DNA of 64,000 nucleotides from assembly GCA_963733535.1 (NCBI GenBank), contig CAVTDR010000006.1, positions 1,926,775 through 1,990,774 of the forward strand, written 5' to 3'. Source of the stretch: an uncultured Bacteroidota bacterium (GTDB lineage Bacteria; Bacteroidota; Bacteroidia; Bacteroidales; UBA10428). The notes beneath the pieces are model-generated. The model was not told the DNA's origin. It saw nothing but the letters and a program-made list of their open reading frames with translations, and searched no databases. A program made the translations under genes and the position numbers. Positions 58,952 through 64,000 of this stretch are shown here, piece by piece (position 1 is the first letter of the stretch; each line of letters starts with the position of its first letter).

Positions 58952-59079
58952 ATTACTATATTTATTGCCATCCATATTTTTTTTTGCAATCGAAATATAT
59001 CAAAAGCATTGTATTACTGAACAATCAGGTTTAATCATTGTTGTTTAAATGCCGCTCTCATATGAGTGACAAAAGTTAA

Positions 59080-59424
59080 ATGAAACAATTATACGTATTT
59101 CTCACTTTAATTCTGATTTTGTTTGCACTACCCGGACGCGTAGTAGCTCAGGAACCTGGTTCGCAGGAATCTGTTCAGGTACTGGACACCATTCAACATC
59201 AACGCAGTGTACAAAATCAGCAAACCATGGATGTTCTAAACCAGGTGAATGATGAGACATCCAGGACAGCTGCAGATGCAAAGGCAACTAAGAAAAGAGC
59301 AGACGCAGTAGCCAAGGAATCTGCCAAGGCTTTACACATGGAGAAAAAAGCTCAAAATAGCAGAAAGCGCGCAGATAAACAAGCACAAAAGGCTATGAAG
59401 GCTCAGGAAAATTATATAAAATAG
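59080..59424 (+). CDS. hypothetical secreted Lys/Ala/Gln-rich protein (intact paralog)
   Basis: Signal peptide MKQLYVFLTLILILFALPGRVVAQ, then a low-complexity helical KKAQ-rich region. A paralog lies at 61865-62205. Confidence 0.6.
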   Translation: MKQLYVFLTLILILFALPGRVVAQEPGSQESVQVLDTIQHQRSVQNQQTMDVLNQVNDETSRTAADAKATKKRADAVAKESAKALHMEKKAQNSRKRADKQAQKAMKAQENYIK

Positions 59425-60325
59425 CCTTACAATTTTCAAAAGCTATTATATGTCTGGAATTACCACCGGGTTATAAGGGGGTGAAACCCCTTATATTCAC
59501 GCTCCCCTTTCCCTTCATATTTAATCGAAGCTATATTTAGTAGTCCGGAGACTACGATTTAAAAGCAGCGTAGTTAGAAATCTGAAGAAAACTACGCCGC
59601 ACAACATTGATCTTTATCTACAATACATTATGCCTCCGGGCAAGGGAGCAAGTGATAAATGTAATTGTATGTCTCATAATTCAATGGTGTAGCTAAGCCG
59701 AAATTGGGTTTTCAAAATGTCAGCGACATTTTGCACTTTGCGCCTTTTTCTTCATCCAGTATGTCAAACATAACTTTTCCTTTGTGCCTTCGTGCCTTTG
59801 TTTGTGCCGTGAAGTTAGAGAATAGACTGAAGTTCTTTAACATGCTGTAATAAAGATGATACAATTGAGGAGGCTAACCTCAATGAAGTATCGGTAATGC
59901 TGTACAGGCAGGATTACCAAACCACTCTACGCTGCAAAGGTCGTAAGACTGCTGTGGTGAACGGATAGAGAAAAGGCTCTCAAGAGTCAGGTAAGTTATT
60001 AAGAGATGAATGCAAATGAATCGCTGATGAAGTAACGAAATCGCATAAGTTGTAGGGCAAAAACACATTGTGCAAAGGATGTAGTGATAAGCATGGCAGA
60101 CACCTGATTTACTGGCTGTGTGCCCACCGTTATACAGGCGACATGACTTAATAACAGGCTTTATTATAGAACACGGGATCTCCATCTTAAGGGACATCGG
60201 ATTAGAATCAGATGAAAGATGGAAGTCGGACAGTGTCATAGTAGTAATGACATCTGGTGAAAGCCAGAAAGAGCGAAGGACACTGGTCATTCAGTGGAAA
60301 TTTAAGTAACAACCTCAAAAGGGGG

Positions 60326-61573
60326 ATGATTATGTTAAACGTACACGTAGAGAAAACAGTACCAATTGAGTTCAGGCAGGTGGTAAAAGCCTACTGGAAA
60401 GTAAGAAAAGGAGGAAAGGCAGCAGGGATCGATCATGAGAGCTGGACGGAATTTGAAAAGAATACCGAAAAGAACTTGTACGTGATCTGGAACCGGCTGT
60501 CCTCTGGCAGTTACCATCCGCAGGCAGTCAGAGAGGTAGAAATACCAAAGAAAGACGGGAAAAAGAGAAAATTAGGCATTCCAACACTACGAGACAGGAT
60601 AGCACAGCAAGTAGTGAAGGAACACATGGAAAAGCAGGTAGATAAGCTTTTCCATGAAAACTCTTATGGTTATAGGCCATTAAAGAGCGCACATCAAGCG
60701 GTTGAACAGGTCAGGAAGAACAGTTACAAGTACGACTGGGTCATCGACATGGACATCCAAAAGTTCTTTGATGAAATTGATCATGAGTTAATGTTGAAAG
60801 CGGTGACGCATGTACTGGAAGAGAAGTGGGTCAAGATGTATGTGGAGCGATGGTTGAGTATGCCAATTATGAAGAAAGACGGTACCCTGGAACAGAGAAA
60901 CGGGAGAGGGACACCGCAAGGAGGCGTAATCAGTCCATTATTAGCAAATCTCTACTTGCATTTTACACTAGACGCTTGGCTAGAGAAGCATTATCCGGAA
61001 GTAAGTTTTGTTCGGTATGCAGATGATGTAGTAATACACTGTAAAACCAAAGAACAAGCAGAAACTGTACTTGAAGCAATAAAGATAAGGCTTAACGAAG
61101 TCAAGCTGGAAATCAAACAGGAGAAAACGCACATCGCATACTGTAAAGATTATAGACGCAAATTAAAGCATGGTACTGTCAAATTTGATTTCTTGGGATT
61201 TAGCTTTCAGCCAAGAGCCCGTAAGAGCAAAATTGATGGGAAATCGTTCACTGCCTTCACCGCAGAAATCAGTCAATCCAATCAGAAGAAAATCCGAGAC
61301 GAAATCAGAGAAGCGCCTGTGTGGAAGAATACGAGTGGGGAAATAGAGGGCATCGCTGACTACTTCAACAGTAAACTTCGTGGCTGGATAGGCTACTATG
61401 GTCCCTACAGTAAGAAATGCCTTAGAATTACGCTTCTTCACATAGATTATAGGATCGCAAAGTGGTTGCGTAAAAAGTACCGTCTTGGACTTAGAAAAGC
61501 TGTAAATAAACTCAACTTAATGAAATCGGAGAAACCCTTTTTGTTCTTTCATTGGGAATCTGGTATTTGTTGA
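60326..61573 (+). CDS. group II intron reverse transcriptase/maturase (no endonuclease domain evident)
   Basis: RT motifs incl. RKLGIPTLRDRIAQ, GTPQGGVISPLLANLYL and YADDVVI. Maturase X domain LRGWIGYYG. The start was moved to an ATG preceded by aaaaggggg. No HNH or Zn-finger tail. Confidence 0.9.
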   Translation: MIMLNVHVEKTVPIEFRQVVKAYWKVRKGGKAAGIDHESWTEFEKNTEKNLYVIWNRLSSGSYHPQAVREVEIPKKDGKKRKLGIPTLRDRIAQQVVKEHMEKQVDKLFHENSYGYRPLKSAHQAVEQVRKNSYKYDWVIDMDIQKFFDEIDHELMLKAVTHVLEEKWVKMYVERWLSMPIMKKDGTLEQRNGRGTPQGGVISPLLANLYLHFTLDAWLEKHYPEVSFVRYADDVVIHCKTKEQAETVLEAIKIRLNEVKLEIKQEKTHIAYCKDYRRKLKHGTVKFDFLGFSFQPRARKSKIDGKSFTAFTAEISQSNQKKIRDEIREAPVWKNTSGEIEGIADYFNSKLRGWIGYYGPYSKKCLRITLLHIDYRIAKWLRKKYRLGLRKAVNKLNLMKSEKPFLFFHWESGIC

Positions 61574-61591
61574 TATTCTAAAGAATGGCAC

Positions 61592-61625
61592 GAGCCGTAT
61601 GACGGGAGACTGTCACGTACGGTTC
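61592..61625 (+). ncRNA. group II intron domain V
   Basis: GAGCCGUAUGACGGGAGACUGUCACGUACGGUUC is a 34-nt hairpin with the AGC triad, a 2-nt AC bulge on the 3' arm and a GAGA (GNRA) tetraloop. Confidence 0.85.
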
Positions 61626-61864
61626 TGTGAGAGGCTTAGGGGTGTAACTCCCCTTTGCCTACTCGGCGGCTGTCAATTTATCGGTTCCGGTGCGTTGCAT
61701 CTTAATGGTTTTTGTGATCTGATTTTTTGCTGCAAATATTTAGGTGCACTGCACCTGATAAGCCATTTCGCACAAATAATATCTCGAAAGCATTGTTTTT
61801 ACTGAACAATCAGATATCCTCATTGTTGTCCATATGTCACTCTCTCATGAGTGACAACAGTTAT

Positions 61865-62205
61865 ATGAAACAAGTATGTGTATTTCTCACTTTTTTTCTG
61901 ATGTTGCTTGCACTACCCGGACGCATTGTGGCTCAGGAACGCGAAAATCCAAAGGAACCTGAACGGGTTCTCGACACCATTCAATATGATCGCAATGTGC
62001 AAAACCAACAAACAATGGAAGTTTTGCAACAGGTGAATGAGCAAACAGCCAAGAGGGCAGATGAAGCAGAAAAACCCAAAAAAGGGCAGATGCGGTGGCC
62101 GCAGAATCTCAAAAGGCTTTAAAAATGGAGAAAAAAGCTCAAAAAGCAAGAGAGCGGGCCGACAAGCAGGCAGAACGGGCAATTAAAGCCAGTGATAATT
62201 ATTAA
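61865..62205 (+). pseudogene. frameshifted paralog of the 59080-59424 secreted Lys/Ala-rich protein
   Basis: Same signal peptide and N-terminal region. The frame is lost at cccaaaaaaggg (around 62079-62090), one nt shorter than the intact copy. The -1-shifted frame continues as ADAVAAESQKALKMEKKAQKARERADKQAERAIKASDNY*. Confidence 0.6.
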
Positions 62206-62243
62206 AAAAAGCCCTTACAATTTGATTTGTAAGGGCTTTTTTT
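62205..62243. terminator. bidirectional rho-independent terminator
   Basis: Stem gcccttacaa / ttgtaagggc, flanked by A7 and T7 runs, between convergent genes. Confidence 0.75.
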
Positions 62244-62263
62244 AATGCCTTAAAAGGATATTC

Positions 62264-62893
62264 TTATTGAAGCCTGCTTCCCGGAAGATTGGATTTCAGT
62301 TTTTTGATTTCGTTAAAATGCTCCATATTGGTTTTCTCCCGTTCAAGTCGGGTTCTCTTTTTATATTCCTCGAATTCTGCATTCATATCGTCCAGATCTT
62401 TTTTGGTACGAACTGTCGTTGACCTGTTTTGCTTAAAGGTAAAGTAGCCTATGATGAGCAGCAATAACAGGATACCGGTGATCGACCACATAATGGAATT
62501 ATAGGTCGTCTTGTTCACATTAATACCTATAACACGGATGCTTTCCTTGTTGCGAACAGCCTCATCGAGATCTGTTTTTGCACTGGTAACCGTTTTGTTC
62601 AGCGAATCTATCCGTGCATTAAGCAAAAGTGTTTGACGGGTAAGATCATTTATTTTCTGATTGTATCTTTTAAACGTGTCTAAGGTATTTTTGCTGATGG
62701 CCCTGAACATATCTTCCCGGATTGCCCTGTAATTTTCATAAATCCGTGTCTTTTCATCCAGATAATTAAACTGTTCAGGAATCGAATTTTCTTTAAAAAC
62801 TGCGGGTAAACCGTTGTTCTGGCTCCGGACAGGAAGAAGTGCAGCGAAGAGTAGGACTGCAACAATGCATGATTTAAAAGACGAATAGCTCAT
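62264..62893 (-). CDS. hypothetical membrane-anchored coiled-coil protein
   Basis: Signal peptide, long coiled coil, one transmembrane helix (IMWSITGILLLLLIIGYF) and a charged C-tail. Confidence 0.6.
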   Translation of the reverse strand: MSYSSFKSCIVAVLLFAALLPVRSQNNGLPAVFKENSIPEQFNYLDEKTRIYENYRAIREDMFRAISKNTLDTFKRYNQKINDLTRQTLLLNARIDSLNKTVTSAKTDLDEAVRNKESIRVIGINVNKTTYNSIMWSITGILLLLLIIGYFTFKQNRSTTVRTKKDLDDMNAEFEEYKKRTRLEREKTNMEHFNEIKKLKSNLPGSRLQ

Positions 62894-63004
62894 GAACGGA
62901 TCATTTATTGGTTATAACTGTTATTCCAACTTTTAACGGCCAAATGGGAAAAATATTTTTCAGCCTTTTCTAAAAGTCCGGAAATAGTTGCGGCTTTTCA
63001 GCAA

Positions 63005-63673
63005 TTAAGCCCTTTTCAGAGCAGCAATAGTAGCCGCAGGATTTTCAGACTGGAACACGGTAGTTCCGGTAACAAGTATATCAACACCGGTTTTATAAAG
63101 CAAACCGGCGTTGCTGAAATCAACACCACCGTCAACTTCTATTAACGCTTTGGAACCGGTTTTGTCAATTAAACCACGCAATTTTTTGATTTTATCATAT
63201 GTGCCGGGCATAAATTCCTGTCCTCCAAAACCCGGATTTACAGACATCACTAAAACAAGATCCAGTGAAGCTATTATATTTTCGAGTGTTTCAACAGCTG
63301 TATCGGGTTTTAAAGAAATGCCGGCAGATATTCCCAGTCCATGTATCTTTTGAACCATATAAGCCGCATCTTTACAGGCTTCCATATGAAACGTGATATT
63401 GTCTGCACCAGCTCTGAAAAAAGGTTCGAGGAAAAATTCGGGGTTCGAGATCATTAAATGTACATCCAGGGGTTTGCGACTGTGTTTTTTTACCGCTTTT
63501 ACCACCGGGATTCCAAAAGAAAGGTTGGGTACAAAAACACCGTCCATAATGTCGCAATGCAGCCAATCCGCCTCGCTGTTATTGATCATTTCAATTTCAC
63601 GCCTCAATTCAGAAAAATCAGCGGCGAGCAGGGAAGGGGCAACTTGTCGACTCATGGATATATTTTGGTTCAC
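63005..63673 (-). CDS. rpe: ribulose-phosphate 3-epimerase
   Basis: APSLLAADF, HCDIMDG, DVHLM, MSVNPGFGGQ and VDGGV motifs. The start may be the internal MSRQ Met. Confidence 0.9.
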   Translation of the reverse strand: MNQNISMSRQVAPSLLAADFSELRREIEMINNSEADWLHCDIMDGVFVPNLSFGIPVVKAVKKHSRKPLDVHLMISNPEFFLEPFFRAGADNITFHMEACKDAAYMVQKIHGLGISAGISLKPDTAVETLENIIASLDLVLVMSVNPGFGGQEFMPGTYDKIKKLRGLIDKTGSKALIEVDGGVDFSNAGLLYKTGVDILVTGTTVFQSENPAATIAALKRA

Positions 63674-63733
63674 CGCAAAAGTAAAAACTTTCCAATGGGT
63701 TCACAAACTACCGCAAATATTTTATCTAAGTGG

Positions 63734-64000
63734 TCAGCCAAGATACGTTTTAAGCATTTTGCAACGCGCGGCATTTTTTAGTCGCTTTATGGCCTTTTCT
63801 TTAATCTGCCGCACCCTTTCACGGGTCAGGTTAAACTCCTGGCCAATTTCCTCCAGGGTATACTGATATTTGGTGCTTAAACCGAAGTACAACCGCAATA
63901 TGTTGGCCTCACGTTGTGTGAGAATGGAAAGTACTCTTTCTATTTCCCTTCGGAGCGACTCAGTAAGAAGGCCTTTATCGGGACTAACAGCATCCTTGCT
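63734..64000 (-). CDS. rpoD: RNA polymerase primary-type sigma-70 factor, C-terminal region 4 (5' end outside the window)
   Basis: Own translation: ...LTQREANILRLYFGLSTKYQYTLEEIGQEFNLTRERVRQIKEKAIKRLKNAARCKMLKTYLG*. Not in the ORF track because it is open at the window edge. Confidence 0.8.
   Translation of the reverse strand, partial: SKDAVSPDKGLLTESLRREIERVLSILTQREANILRLYFGLSTKYQYTLEEIGQEFNLTRERVRQIKEKAIKRLKNAARCKMLKTYLG

Larger units (their letters stand above)
59804..61668 (+). mobile_element. group II intron (ORF in domain IV; boundaries tentative)
   Basis: RT/maturase ORF followed 19 nt later by a textbook domain V, then a domain VI-like hairpin with a bulged A at 61661. The 5' end is placed at GTGCCG (59804), about 520 nt upstream of the ORF. 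Confidence 0.65.

Noticed and set aside
60326-61573. RT as a retron, Abi or defence-associated RT
   Set aside because: A canonical group II intron domain V with AGC triad and GNRA loop lies 19 nt downstream. The protein carries a maturase X motif. No msr/msd-like inverted repeats or effector genes are adjacent.
61727-61864. N-terminal extension of the frameshifted paralog (track start 61727)
   Set aside because: The intact paralog starts at the equivalent of 61865 with a signal peptide. The upstream 46 codons correspond to the duplicated promoter/leader region.
50155-62250. A classical genomic island integrated at the 3' end of ssrA
   Set aside because: I found no integrase gene and no direct repeat of the tmRNA 3' end downstream. 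The region looks like a repeat- and IS-rich variable segment rather than a bounded island.

Overview
This window looks like a chromosomal segment from a Bacteroidota-type genome. Supporting signs are TAnnTTTG promoter boxes, an 11-subunit nuo operon without nuoEFG, a tmRNA with tag GEANFALAA, and lipoprotein-rich hypotheticals.

Bases 1-48,000 are mostly core genes:
- a TonB-receptor/HmuY-like pair
- an orphan Cys-rich histidine kinase
- a small general-stress cluster (lmo0937-family, OM beta-barrel, CsbD, YciF-like)
- a dense set of two-component genes, including a histidine kinase (HK), receiver and sigma-54 activator trio, an ECF sigma factor followed by a divergent SOD-like gene, and a 1381-aa multi-PAS/GAF kinase with two partner genes
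- NDH-2 placed divergently from nuoABCDHIJKLMN
- a ZIP transporter, a GHMP kinase with GalU, and tRNA-Ser(CGA)
- photolyase, pdxB and gnd

Bases 48,000-62,000 are rich in repeats and mobile elements. They hold a mosaic of interspersed hairpin repeat families, an IS4-family element, a group II intron, and a duplicated gene pair with one frameshifted copy.

The most interesting signal concerns two unrelated IS110/IS1111-type elements (33264-34928 and 48346-49905). Each is inserted precisely into a short repeat or hairpin. Each carries, just past the recombinase stop codon, a stem-loop whose loop edges match its own insertion junctions. This fits undescribed bridge/seek-RNA guides.

All calls come from reading the sequence and the ORF track by eye. 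No searches or folding programs were run.
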